Source: an uncultured Acidobacteriota bacterium (GTDB lineage: Bacteria > Acidobacteriota > Thermoanaerobaculia > UBA5066 > Gp7-AA6). Taken from it: a stretch of 64,000 bases of DNA. Position 1 is the stretch's first letter. Every line of letters starts with the position of its first letter. A program made the position numbers and the translations under genes. Shown here piece by piece: positions 22,709 through 31,752 of the stretch. The notes beneath the pieces are model-generated. The model did no database searches and was not told the DNA's origin. It worked only from the letters and a program-made list of their open reading frames with translations. The stretch is from assembly GCA_963764715.1 (NCBI GenBank), contig CAVXTP010000009.1, positions 96,001 through 160,000 of the forward strand, written 5' to 3'.

Positions 22709-25588
22709 TCAGTTTGGCGCGGGCTCGTCGAGGACTTCGCGGACCTTGCGGGCGAGCACGTCGGGGGTGAAGGGCTTCGACAGGAAGGCCGTCCCCGGGG
22801 GAAGGATGCCCTGGTGCGCGATGGCGGCGTCGGTGTAGCCGGACATGTACAGCACCCGCATGGCCGGGCGGTCCGCGGCCAGGACGCGCGCGAGCTCGCG
22901 GCCGTTCATGCCCGGCATGATGACGTCCGTGACGAGGATGGCGATCTCCTCTTTCGCAGCCTTCGCCGCCGCGATGGCCTCGGCGGGACTGCCGGCGGAG
23001 AGGACGGCGTATCCCTGCATGCGGAGGAGCTTCTCGACGAGACGGCGGACCTCGGGCTCGTCCTCGACGAGCAGCACCGTCTCCGAGCCGGGGCGGGGCC
23101 GGGCGGGCGGGGGAGGGAGCTCCCGCGCGTCGAGCGGCTCGTCGCAGCGGGGCAGGTAGATCTTGAAGGTCGTCCCGTGCCCGGGCTCGCTGTAGACCCA
23201 GATCGAGCCGCCGCTCTGCTTGACGATCCCGTACGTCGTCGAGAGGCCGAGCCCGGTTCCCTTGCCGCGCTCCTTGGTGGTGAAGAACGGCTCGAAGAGC
23301 CGGGCCTGGAGGCTCGCGTCCATGCCGACGCCGGTGTCCGAGACCGCCAGCATCACGTGGGGCCCGGGGTGGACGGTGGCGTAGCCGCTGGCGAACTTCT
23401 CGTCGAGCGTGACGTTGCCCGTCTCGAGCGTCAGGCGGCCGCCGCGGGGCATGGCGTCGCGCGCGTTGACGACGAGGTTGACGATCGCCTGCTCGATCTG
23501 GCCGGGGTCGGCGAGCGTCCTCCAGAGGCCGGCATCGAGCGCCGTCGTCAGCTCCACGTCCTCCCCGATGACGCGGCGCAGCATCTTCTCCATGCCCGCG
23601 ATCACGGCGTTCAGGTCGAGGACCCGCGGCTCGAGCACCTGGCGCCGGGAGAAGGCCAGCAGCTGCTGGGTCAGCCCGGCCGCGCGGCGCCCGGCCTCGC
23701 GGATCTCCTCGGCGCTCTCGCGCCGGAGGTCCCCCTCGGGGAGCTGTTCGATCAGGAGGGCGCTGTACCCGGCGATCGCCGTCAGCAGGTTGTTGAAGTC
23801 GTGGGCGATTCCCCCGGCAAGCCTACCGACGGCTTCCATCTTCTGCGACTGGAGCAGCTGCTCCTCGAGTCGCCGCCGCTCCGTCATGTCGAACACGGTG
23901 CCGAGCAGGATCTCTTCGCCGTCTTCGTCCCGGATCAGGGAGACGTTCTCGATCAGCCAGATGGCGCTGCCGTCCTTGCGGCGCCCTTCGCTCTCGTAGC
24001 TGACGACGCTGCCTTCCTGGCGCAGGCGTGCGAGGAACTCCTGGCGCGCCCCGGCGGATCCCCGGAAGCCGCCGCCGGCCGACTGGGCCATCGCCTCGGC
24101 CGGGGAGGCATAGCCCATCATCCTCGCGAATGCCCGGTTGCATTCGAGGAGCCGGCCGTCTGCCGTCGAGCGGTAGACGCCGGCGAGGTTGCGCTCGAAG
24201 AGCAGGCGGTATCGCTCCTCGGACTCGCGCAGGCCGGCCTCCATGCGCTTTCGCCCGGTGATGTCGCGCAGGACCGCCTGCGAGCCCGTCCTGCCGTCGA
24301 AGGTGACGGGCGTGACGCGGAGCTCGATGTCGAAGGTCGATCCGTCGGCGCGCAGGCCGACGGCCTCGTACATCTCGGGCGCGGGCCGGCCCGCGGCGCG
24401 GTGCTGCACGATCTCTTCGACCTGCTCGCGCGAGCCCGGAGCGAAGAAGATCGACACGGGCACGCCGATGAGCGGCCGTTCGTAGCCGAACATCTCGACG
24501 CAGGCGGGGTTGGCGTAAGCGACCTTGCCGTCGATGCCGACCGACACGGCTTCCTGCGTTTGCTCGAGGAGCGTCTTGTACCGGCGGTCCCGTTCGGACA
24601 GCTGCTCGAGGTGGCGCAGCCGCGTCGTGCGCCGCCAGGCGAGGCCGGCGCCGGTGATTGCCGCGAAGAGCGCGGCCGCCGCGAGGACGATCCACCCGAA
24701 CTGCGGGTATCGGCGGCGCAGAACGGCGTCGCGGTCCACCTCGACGACCACGGCCCAGCCGACGTCCGCGATGGGGCGGGCGGCGGCCAGCACCCGGTGA
24801 CCCCGCCCGTCGGAGTACTCGCCGGACACGGGCGGACCCGCGAGGGCCGCCGCGGCGAAGGTCGTCCGGTCCGCCACCGGCAGCCGGTACTCGGAGTCCG
24901 GATCGCCTCGCCGCTCCGGAGCGACCACGAGAAAACGGTCGCCCTCGCGGAGGACGACGTAGAGCCGTTCGCTCTCCGGCCCTTCGGGACGCGGGAAGAG
25001 GGCGCCGAGCGCGTTGGCCGCGTCGACGGCCACGAGCACCGCCCCCGCTGCGCGGCCCGCCGCGTCGACGACCGGCTCGGCGACGTCGAGGCGCAGGGTG
25101 TCCCGGCCGGCCCGGATCGGGTGTTCGACGATCTCGCGCAACTCGGCCGCCGCCCGCCGCGCCGGAACGAGGTCGCTCTCGTCGAAGGACGCCGGCCCGG
25201 CCGAGGCCGCACGAACGCCGCCGCCCGCGTCGAGGACACCGATCGACAGGTCGTGCTCCTCCGACAGGCTTTCGGCCAGGTCGCGGCGGACGAGCTCGCC
25301 GAGCGCGGGCGAGCGGCCGGACGCGAGAAAGGTCCGGACGCTGTCGAGCCCGGCGAGGCGCCGGGCCTCGCGCCGCCACGAGCGGATCGCACGCTCGGCG
25401 ATGACCGCGCGGTCGTCGGCCAGGCGCGACAGGCGCGACTCCCAGCTGGCCCGGTTCGCCCGTTCGGATTGGCGGATCGAGATCAGGGCGATCAGGGCGA
25501 GCAGGGCCCCGGTGAGCGCCCAGGACACGACGAGCCAGACGGGGAGTTGCCGATCGCCGAGCGGCTCGGGGGCTTCGGGTCTGGACAC
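22709..25588 (-). CDS. Membrane hybrid sensor kinase (Cache-like, PAS, PAS, HisKA, HATPase, REC; CckA-like)
   Basis: QSQKMEAVGRLAGGIAHDFNNLL, NLVVNARDAM, FFTTKERGKGTGLGL, VLLVEDE..TDVIMPGMNG. Confidence 0.95.
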   Translation of the reverse strand: MSRPEAPEPLGDRQLPVWLVVSWALTGALLALIALISIRQSERANRASWESRLSRLADDRAVIAERAIRSWRREARRLAGLDSVRTFLASGRSPALGELVRRDLAESLSEEHDLSIGVLDAGGGVRAASAGPASFDESDLVPARRAAAELREIVEHPIRAGRDTLRLDVAEPVVDAAGRAAGAVLVAVDAANALGALFPRPEGPESERLYVVLREGDRFLVVAPERRGDPDSEYRLPVADRTTFAAAALAGPPVSGEYSDGRGHRVLAAARPIADVGWAVVVEVDRDAVLRRRYPQFGWIVLAAAALFAAITGAGLAWRRTTRLRHLEQLSERDRRYKTLLEQTQEAVSVGIDGKVAYANPACVEMFGYERPLIGVPVSIFFAPGSREQVEEIVQHRAAGRPAPEMYEAVGLRADGSTFDIELRVTPVTFDGRTGSQAVLRDITGRKRMEAGLRESEERYRLLFERNLAGVYRSTADGRLLECNRAFARMMGYASPAEAMAQSAGGGFRGSAGARQEFLARLRQEGSVVSYESEGRRKDGSAIWLIENVSLIRDEDGEEILLGTVFDMTERRRLEEQLLQSQKMEAVGRLAGGIAHDFNNLLTAIAGYSALLIEQLPEGDLRRESAEEIREAGRRAAGLTQQLLAFSRRQVLEPRVLDLNAVIAGMEKMLRRVIGEDVELTTALDAGLWRTLADPGQIEQAIVNLVVNARDAMPRGGRLTLETGNVTLDEKFASGYATVHPGPHVMLAVSDTGVGMDASLQARLFEPFFTTKERGKGTGLGLSTTYGIVKQSGGSIWVYSEPGHGTTFKIYLPRCDEPLDARELPPPPARPRPGSETVLLVEDEPEVRRLVEKLLRMQGYAVLSAGSPAEAIAAAKAAKEEIAILVTDVIMPGMNGRELARVLAADRPAMRVLYMSGYTDAAIAHQGILPPGTAFLSKPFTPDVLARKVREVLDEPAPN

Positions 25589-26662
25589 TCAGACCCGCAG
25601 CAGTCCGGCGCCCCAATGGAGGCCGGCGCCCAGGGCCGTGAACCCGACGAGGTCGCCCGGGCGGATCCGCCCGGCCGCCTTCGCCTCGTGGAAGACGAGC
25701 GGCAGCGTGGCGGCCGTGGTGTTCCCGTAGCGCTGGATGTTGTTGAAGACGCGCTCGTCCGACAGCCCGAGGTGCTTCTGCACGGACTCGTTGATGCGGA
25801 GGTTCGCCTGGTGCATCAGCAGGAGCGACAGGTCCTCGACCCCGAGGCCGTGCTCGGCGAGGACCTCGCGCACGATCTCGGGCATCGCCGTCGTGGCGAG
25901 GCGGAAGACCTGCCGGCCCTCGACGACCGGGATCGTCCGGTTGTCGGCGAACATCTCGGGGCTGAAGTAGGGAAAGCTCGCGGAGCCTCCGCCCGGGACG
26001 TACAGCTTGTCCCACTCGGCGCCGTTGGTGTGCATCCGGAAACCGAGGAAGCCCCGTCCGTCCTCCGCCGCGTTGGCTTCCAGGACGAAGGCGCCGGCGC
26101 CGTCGCCGAAGATGACGGCCCGATCGCGGTGCGCCGTGCCCCAGGCAAGCGACTCCGGACGCACCGGGCCCTCGGACTCGCCGAACATGACCTTCCATTC
26201 CTCCTCGCCCCAGGGAAAGAGCGAGGCGTGGCACTCGGCGCCGACGAGGAGCACCCGGCGGGCCGCTCCGGACCGGATGAACGCGTCGCTGACCTGGAGC
26301 CCCGAAAGAAATCCGGCGCACTGCATCCGGATGTCGAGCGCCGGGGTCGTCGTCAGGCCGAGGCCCCGGGCGAGGATCCCGCCGTTTCCGGGGAAGTAGT
26401 GGTCGGGCGTCATGGTCGCGAAGACGATGAGGTCGAGATCCTCCGCCGCGAGCCCCGCGTCCGCGAGGGCGCGCCGCGCCGCTTCGAGGCCGAGGACCGA
26501 CGAGGACTGGCCCCGCCTCGCGAAACGGCGTTCTTCGATGCCGGTCCGCTGGCGGATCCACTCGTCCGTCGTGTCCATCAGGCGCGCGAGGCGCGCGTTG
26601 GTGACGACGCTCTCCGGCACGTACATGCCGGAGCCGCGGACGACCGTTGTCGGGAGAGGCAC
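25589..26662 (-). CDS. fabH: 3-oxoacyl-ACP synthase III (FabH-like)
   Basis: Catalytic C (MQCAGF), H (HQANLRI), N (YGNT); FGDGAGA. Confidence 0.85.
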   Translation of the reverse strand: MPLPTTVVRGSGMYVPESVVTNARLARLMDTTDEWIRQRTGIEERRFARRGQSSSVLGLEAARRALADAGLAAEDLDLIVFATMTPDHYFPGNGGILARGLGLTTTPALDIRMQCAGFLSGLQVSDAFIRSGAARRVLLVGAECHASLFPWGEEEWKVMFGESEGPVRPESLAWGTAHRDRAVIFGDGAGAFVLEANAAEDGRGFLGFRMHTNGAEWDKLYVPGGGSASFPYFSPEMFADNRTIPVVEGRQVFRLATTAMPEIVREVLAEHGLGVEDLSLLLMHQANLRINESVQKHLGLSDERVFNNIQRYGNTTAATLPLVFHEAKAAGRIRPGDLVGFTALGAGLHWGAGLLRV

Positions 26663-26711
26663 GTCGGAGATTGTAACGGTCGGCCCGGTCCGCTCCCGGC
26701 GGGGGACGTCC

Positions 26712-29273
26712 TCAGTCGACGGCGGCGAGGTCCAGGTCGCCCGTTTCGTTGTCGATGGCCGCCGTCCAGGCGTAGACGTTCATGCCGCTCGGCACGTCGA
26801 CGCGGATGCGGCCGCCGGGCTGGTTCGTCACGCCGAACGCGGCGAAGACGGAGTCGAGGCGGCCGGGCGCGTGGTCGCCAAGCGGGACCTGGACCTGCCC
26901 GGCCTGGGTGCCGTCGGCGCGGAAGCCCGTGACCGTCACGCTGCCGGCGTGCCCGCGGTTGTAGAAGAGGAGGTTGGTCCGCCGTCGGGCCGTCTGGGGA
27001 AGGCCGAAGGCGGTGCCCGAGGCGCTGGCGAGGCCCGCCGCGCCGGGGACGACCGGCGCGAAGCCCGCGTAGTCGGCGCCGTTCGTGCGCGCCCCGACGC
27101 GCACGCCCGCGTCCACCGGCACGGTCGCGCTGATGAAGAGCGAGCCCTGCCCGGAGGTCAGGCCGTAGAGGGTGTTGAGCACGTTCTGCAGGACCCGGGT
27201 CTCGAGGGGCGCGAGCGTGATCGTCTGCGTCAACGGCGTCGGCGTGCCGTAGAGCGGGTAGTAAGTCACGCTCACCGCGGAGCTCGCCGCGGAGTCGGGG
27301 TTCGACAGGAAGAGGTCCGAGACGAACTCCGTGCTGTTGGCCCCCACGAGCACGCCCGCGTTGGGCACGACCGCTTCGGACAGCGGCTGCACCGGGACGA
27401 ACGCCGCGACGTCGTAGGTACCGAGGTCGAGCACGTTGACGTAGGGCTGGAGCGATCCGGTCGAGACCGCAACCCGGATGACGTCGCCCGGCTCGGGGTC
27501 GACGCCGAAGGCCGTCGCCGCGGGATTGAACTCCTCGCGCGTGTTGATCGCGATCGTGAAGGGCGTGGTTCCGCGGACGGTCCCGTCCGGGGCGGAGAGC
27601 GTGAGCGTCCCCGTTGCGCCGGTCATCGAATACATCCCGAAGATCGAGGCCTCGGTGGTGCGCGCGCCCGTGAAGAGGAGCGCCTGCGACCCCGCGCCGA
27701 GGCTTCCGGGGATGGTCTGCGCCTCCAGCGAATACCCGTACGCCGCTCCGGCGGGCGTCACGCGCGTCGTTCGGACGCTCGCCTGGAGGTCGGCGGCGTT
27801 GCCGGTCGTGGTTCGCAATCGCACGGCCCCGACCGCGAGGTTGGCGCTCGTCCCGATGTTGCCGAAGGCGTCGGCGAGGACCAGGGTCGCGCCGGGCCCG
27901 ACCGAGAACGTCGTCTTGGCGGCGAAGGCCCCCGGGGAGTACACGTAGAACGCGTCGCCCGCGATGGCCGCGGTCCCGGCGTTGGAGAGGGTGATGTCGA
28001 TCCGGATGCGGTTGTCCGGCGTCCCGGCCGCGGAAAACGCGACGGGCACCGCGCGGTCGGTGGGTCCGCCGATCGTCTGCAGGGCCACGCGCACGAGGTT
28101 GCCGCCCGCGCCGAACCAGACCTGTCCGCCGTCGACCGCGATCCCGTACGCCTGCGTCACGGGGACCTGGGTCACGAGCGTGCCCGGATACGACTGGTTG
28201 CTCGCCACGCGGAAGTCGGCGTCGACGAGCGCCGTGGCGTCGGTGGCGAACGTCGTCGGAGGAACGGCGAACGTCCGGTTGGTTCCGAGAATCACGCTCG
28301 GAGTCGAGCGGACCTCGAGCTCGAGCGGCGTCAGCACGGTGCGGAACGGGGCGGCGAGGGCCGGATCGATGACGTTGACCGCGGCCGCCGACTGGCTCGA
28401 CGTGATGTAGGCCTTGCCCTGGAAGAACTGGAAGTGGATCGGGTTCGAGATGCCGTAGAAGGAGTCGAGGTTGCCCGTCGCCGGGTCGAACCGGTCCAGC
28501 CTTCCCGCCGAGAGCTGGGTCATCCAGATCATGCCGTCGTCGTCGATCTCGATCTGGGTGGGATTGAGCCGGCCCTGGGACGGATTGAAGAAGGTCCAGG
28601 ACGTTTCCGTCGCGGCGCCCGGCACGTATTTCACGATCCGGTTGTTGCCGAAGTCGGCCAGCCACAGCGTGCCGTCGGGCGCGACGGCCATGTCGGCGTA
28701 GGCGTACGTCAGGGCCGAACGGTAGACGTTGGTCGTCTTCGTCTCGAAGTTGACGTTGAGGAGCGCGGCGCCGGTGATCGGGACCCAGTAGGTCCCGTCG
28801 GGCGCCTTGTAGAAGGCGGCCGGGATGGAGCCGGGTACGACCCACTCGGTGATCTCGTTGGCCACCGTGTCGAGCTTCGCGACCGAGCAGCGCCCGGCCG
28901 GGATCTGGCTCTGGCCGCTCTCGAGGATCCAGACGTCGGTCCCGTCGAGGACGAAGTCGACGGGGTTCGCGCCGAGCTGGTCGCTCGGCCGCAGCTGCCA
29001 GTAGGTGATCGTGGTGCCGCGCAGGACGCCGACCCGGTCGGCCGACGATTCGAGGAACCAGACGCCTCCATCCGGGGCGACCTGGATGCGGACCCCGTTG
29101 ATGTTGGCCGAGCTCTCGGTGGCGAAGCGAACGCCGGCCGGAACCGTCGTCGGGGCGCCGGGGGTCGGGGTCGGGGTGTTGGCGGGGGTCGGGGTCCTGG
29201 TCGGGGTCTGCGCGAAGACCCCCAGGGCGCCGCCCAGCCACACCGCCGCGGCGGCGAGAAAAACACGCTTCAT
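26712..29273 (-). CDS. Secreted protein: Pro/Thr linker, Vgb-lyase-like beta-propeller, two C-terminal beta-sandwich-like repeats
   Basis: Signal peptide MKRVFLAAAA..AQ, TPTRTPTPANTPTPTP, repeated APDG.(V/L)W blades, FVSDLFLSNP / RRTNLLFYN modules. Confidence 0.75.
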   Translation of the reverse strand: MKRVFLAAAAVWLGGALGVFAQTPTRTPTPANTPTPTPGAPTTVPAGVRFATESSANINGVRIQVAPDGGVWFLESSADRVGVLRGTTITYWQLRPSDQLGANPVDFVLDGTDVWILESGQSQIPAGRCSVAKLDTVANEITEWVVPGSIPAAFYKAPDGTYWVPITGAALLNVNFETKTTNVYRSALTYAYADMAVAPDGTLWLADFGNNRIVKYVPGAATETSWTFFNPSQGRLNPTQIEIDDDGMIWMTQLSAGRLDRFDPATGNLDSFYGISNPIHFQFFQGKAYITSSQSAAAVNVIDPALAAPFRTVLTPLELEVRSTPSVILGTNRTFAVPPTTFATDATALVDADFRVASNQSYPGTLVTQVPVTQAYGIAVDGGQVWFGAGGNLVRVALQTIGGPTDRAVPVAFSAAGTPDNRIRIDITLSNAGTAAIAGDAFYVYSPGAFAAKTTFSVGPGATLVLADAFGNIGTSANLAVGAVRLRTTTGNAADLQASVRTTRVTPAGAAYGYSLEAQTIPGSLGAGSQALLFTGARTTEASIFGMYSMTGATGTLTLSAPDGTVRGTTPFTIAINTREEFNPAATAFGVDPEPGDVIRVAVSTGSLQPYVNVLDLGTYDVAAFVPVQPLSEAVVPNAGVLVGANSTEFVSDLFLSNPDSAASSAVSVTYYPLYGTPTPLTQTITLAPLETRVLQNVLNTLYGLTSGQGSLFISATVPVDAGVRVGARTNGADYAGFAPVVPGAAGLASASGTAFGLPQTARRRTNLLFYNRGHAGSVTVTGFRADGTQAGQVQVPLGDHAPGRLDSVFAAFGVTNQPGGRIRVDVPSGMNVYAWTAAIDNETGDLDLAAVD

Positions 29274-29333
29274 GACGTCGGCGGATGATAACGCAGCGCG
29301 GCCGGCCGGCATTTCTCGAATCGCCGGCGCGTT

Positions 29334-30464
29334 ATGAACGAAGAAATGAGCCCCTCGACTCTCTCGCCCGTCGCCGAGATCCTCGCGCGCCGCACCGCGC
29401 CGGCGGCGCCGGAGCTCGTCGAATGGCTGCCGGACGGCCGCCTTCGCTGCCACGCCTGCGGTCACCGGTGCCCCATCCCGGAGGGGCGCGAGGGCGTTTG
29501 CCGCGTTCGCTTCCGGCGGGGCGACGTTCTCGAAGTCCCGCGCGGGTACGTCGGCGCGCTGCAGCTCGATCCGATCGAGAAGAAGCCGTTCTACCACGCG
29601 CTGCCGGGCTCCGATGCGCTGTCGTTCGGAATGCTGGGCTGCGACCTCCACTGCGCCTACTGCCAGAACTGGTTCACGTCCCAGTCGATCCGCGACCCCG
29701 AGGCCGTGGGATCGCCGCGGGACGTCTCCGCCGCGGAGCTCGTCCGGCTCGCCCGCGAGAGCGGCGCGCCCACGATCGTGTCGACGTACAACGAGCCGCT
29801 CATCACCTCGGAGTGGGCCGTCGAGGTGTTCCGCGCCGCGAAGGCGGAGGGCCTCCGGACCGCGTACGTCTCGAACGGCAACGGCACGCCGCGGGTCCTC
29901 GACTACATCCGCCCGTGGGTCGATTTCTACAAGGTCGACCTGAAGTCCATGGACGACCGTCACTATCGCCAGCTCGGGGGAGTGCTCCAGAACGTCCTCG
30001 ACACGATCGCCGGGATCCACGAGCGCGGGATCTGGCTCGAGGTCCTGACCCTCGTGATCCCCGGGTTCAACGATTCCGACGACGAGCTCACCCGCGCGGC
30101 CCGCTTCATCGCGTCGGTGTCGCGGGACGTCCCGTGGCACGTCACGGCCTTCCATCCCGACTACAAGATGACGGACCGCGGGGCGACTCCCGCGGAGACG
30201 CTCGTGCGCGCCTGCGAGATCGGGACGGCCGAGGGCCTGCGCTACGTCTACGCCGGCAACATCCCCGGCCGGCTCGGCCGGTGGGAGGACACGCGCTGCG
30301 GCGCGTGCGGGGAGACGGTGATCGAGCGCCGCGGCTTCGTGGTCACGAAGAACCGGCTCGCGAGGGGAAAGTGCCCGAAGTGCTCCGCGGCGGTTCCGGG
30401 CCGATGGGACGGGGCGCTCGACGGGACCGGCCGGACGCACGGGGTCCCGCTGCCGGTGGTCTGA
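29334..30464 (+). CDS. amrS: AmmeMemoRadiSam system radical SAM enzyme
   Basis: CHACGHRC..EGVCRVR, DPIEKKPFYH, GCDLHCAYCQNW, TYNEP, FHPDYKM, YVYAGN, TRCGACG. Confidence 0.92.
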   Translation: MNEEMSPSTLSPVAEILARRTAPAAPELVEWLPDGRLRCHACGHRCPIPEGREGVCRVRFRRGDVLEVPRGYVGALQLDPIEKKPFYHALPGSDALSFGMLGCDLHCAYCQNWFTSQSIRDPEAVGSPRDVSAAELVRLARESGAPTIVSTYNEPLITSEWAVEVFRAAKAEGLRTAYVSNGNGTPRVLDYIRPWVDFYKVDLKSMDDRHYRQLGGVLQNVLDTIAGIHERGIWLEVLTLVIPGFNDSDDELTRAARFIASVSRDVPWHVTAFHPDYKMTDRGATPAETLVRACEIGTAEGLRYVYAGNIPGRLGRWEDTRCGACGETVIERRGFVVTKNRLARGKCPKCSAAVPGRWDGALDGTGRTHGVPLPVV

Positions 30465-30516
30465 GCGCTCGGATCCGGATTCGCCGCCGGCCGACGGGCC
30501 TGATAGCCTCCCGCGC

Positions 30517-31617
30517 GTGATCGCGGGACGGGCCACGCCGGAAGGGACGCAACGCTTCGCCGCGCGGTCGGCGGTCGCCGCGGGCCACTTTCGCGCGGCC
30601 ATGGACGGCCTGTCGCTGTCGTCGATCGGGCTCGGAACTTACCTCGGCCGCGAGGACGCGGCGACGGACGCGGGATACGAGGCCTGCGTCGCGGCGGGCC
30701 TGGCCTCGGGCGTCAACGTCTTCGACACGGCGATCAACTACCGCGGCCAGTTGAGCGAGCGGGCGATCGGACGCGCGCTCGCGGCGGCGTTCTCCGCGAA
30801 AACGGCGGCGCGCGACGAGGTCTTCGTCTCGACCAAGGGCGGCTACACCCCGCACGACGCCGGGGACCCGCGTCCCGCCGGACGCTACGTGCGCGAGACG
30901 TTCCTCGACCCGGGCCTCGCGCCCGCGGCCGAGGTCGCCCAGGGCTGCCACTGCATCTCCCCGGCCTACCTCGAGGACCAGATCGCGCGCAGCCAGGAAA
31001 ACCTCGGCCTCGACACGATCGATCTCTATTACCTCCACAACGTCGAGACGCAGCTCGAGGAGGTCGGCCGCGAGGCCTTTCGCGGGCGGCTGTCGCGCGC
31101 GATCGCCACGCTCGAGCAGGCGGTCTCGGACGGCCGGATCGCCGCGTGGGGACTCGCGACCTGGAACGGCCTGCGCGTGCCGCCGGAGCATCCCGAGCAC
31201 CTTTCGCTTTCGCTCGTGCGCGACCTGGCGCAAGAGGTGGGAGGGCCTTACCATCATTTCCGGGCCGTCCAGCTCCCGGTCAGTCTCGGCATGGCCCACG
31301 CCGTGGGATATCGGTCCCAGGTCCTCGCCTCCACGCGCATGTCCGCCCTCGACGCCGCCGTGGCCCTCGGCATCGCCGCGTTCGGCTCCGCCTCGCTTCT
31401 CCAGGGACGCCTCGTGGCGGAGCTGCCGGAATCGGTCGTCCAGGCGTTCCCGGAAGGCGAGACTCCGGCGCGCCGGGCCCTCCAGTTCGCCCGTTCCGCG
31501 CCCGGCCTAACCACGGCGCTCGTCGGAGTTTCGACCCCCGCGCACGCCGCCGACGATTTCGGCCTGGCGAAGTTTTCCCCGGCGGAGAGCGCCCGGGTCC
31601 TGTCGGTTTTCGCTTAA
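30517..31617 (+). CDS. Aldo/keto reductase
   Basis: SIGLGTY, FDTAINY, FVSTKGG, IDLYYLHN. Confidence 0.92.
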   Translation: MIAGRATPEGTQRFAARSAVAAGHFRAAMDGLSLSSIGLGTYLGREDAATDAGYEACVAAGLASGVNVFDTAINYRGQLSERAIGRALAAAFSAKTAARDEVFVSTKGGYTPHDAGDPRPAGRYVRETFLDPGLAPAAEVAQGCHCISPAYLEDQIARSQENLGLDTIDLYYLHNVETQLEEVGREAFRGRLSRAIATLEQAVSDGRIAAWGLATWNGLRVPPEHPEHLSLSLVRDLAQEVGGPYHHFRAVQLPVSLGMAHAVGYRSQVLASTRMSALDAAVALGIAAFGSASLLQGRLVAELPESVVQAFPEGETPARRALQFARSAPGLTTALVGVSTPAHAADDFGLAKFSPAESARVLSVFA

Positions 31618-31636
31618 GAGTCTCTGGGGCCTGGGC

Positions 31637-31685
31637 TTCCGGCGGGGGAGGGGGCCGTCCGGCCGCCGGAATCGCTTTTCTTTTC
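31637..31685 (+). terminator. Possible intrinsic terminator after the aldo/keto reductase
   Basis: TTCCGGCGG/CCGCCGGAA stem followed by a T-rich tract; loop is long. Confidence 0.35.
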
Positions 31686-31752
31686 CGTTCGTCGTAGAAT
31701 GACTCGTTCCCGCCCGGACCCAGAGTCAGCGCGGCGGGTGGTTTGGGAGCTC

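Noticed and set aside
22685-26932. Very long opposite-strand or alternate-frame ORFs (e.g. 22685..26932+, 36884..39634-, 52148..54238-, 62382..63944-)
   Set aside because: Arg/Gly/Pro-rich shadows expected at high GC, each overlapping a gene with clear family motifs
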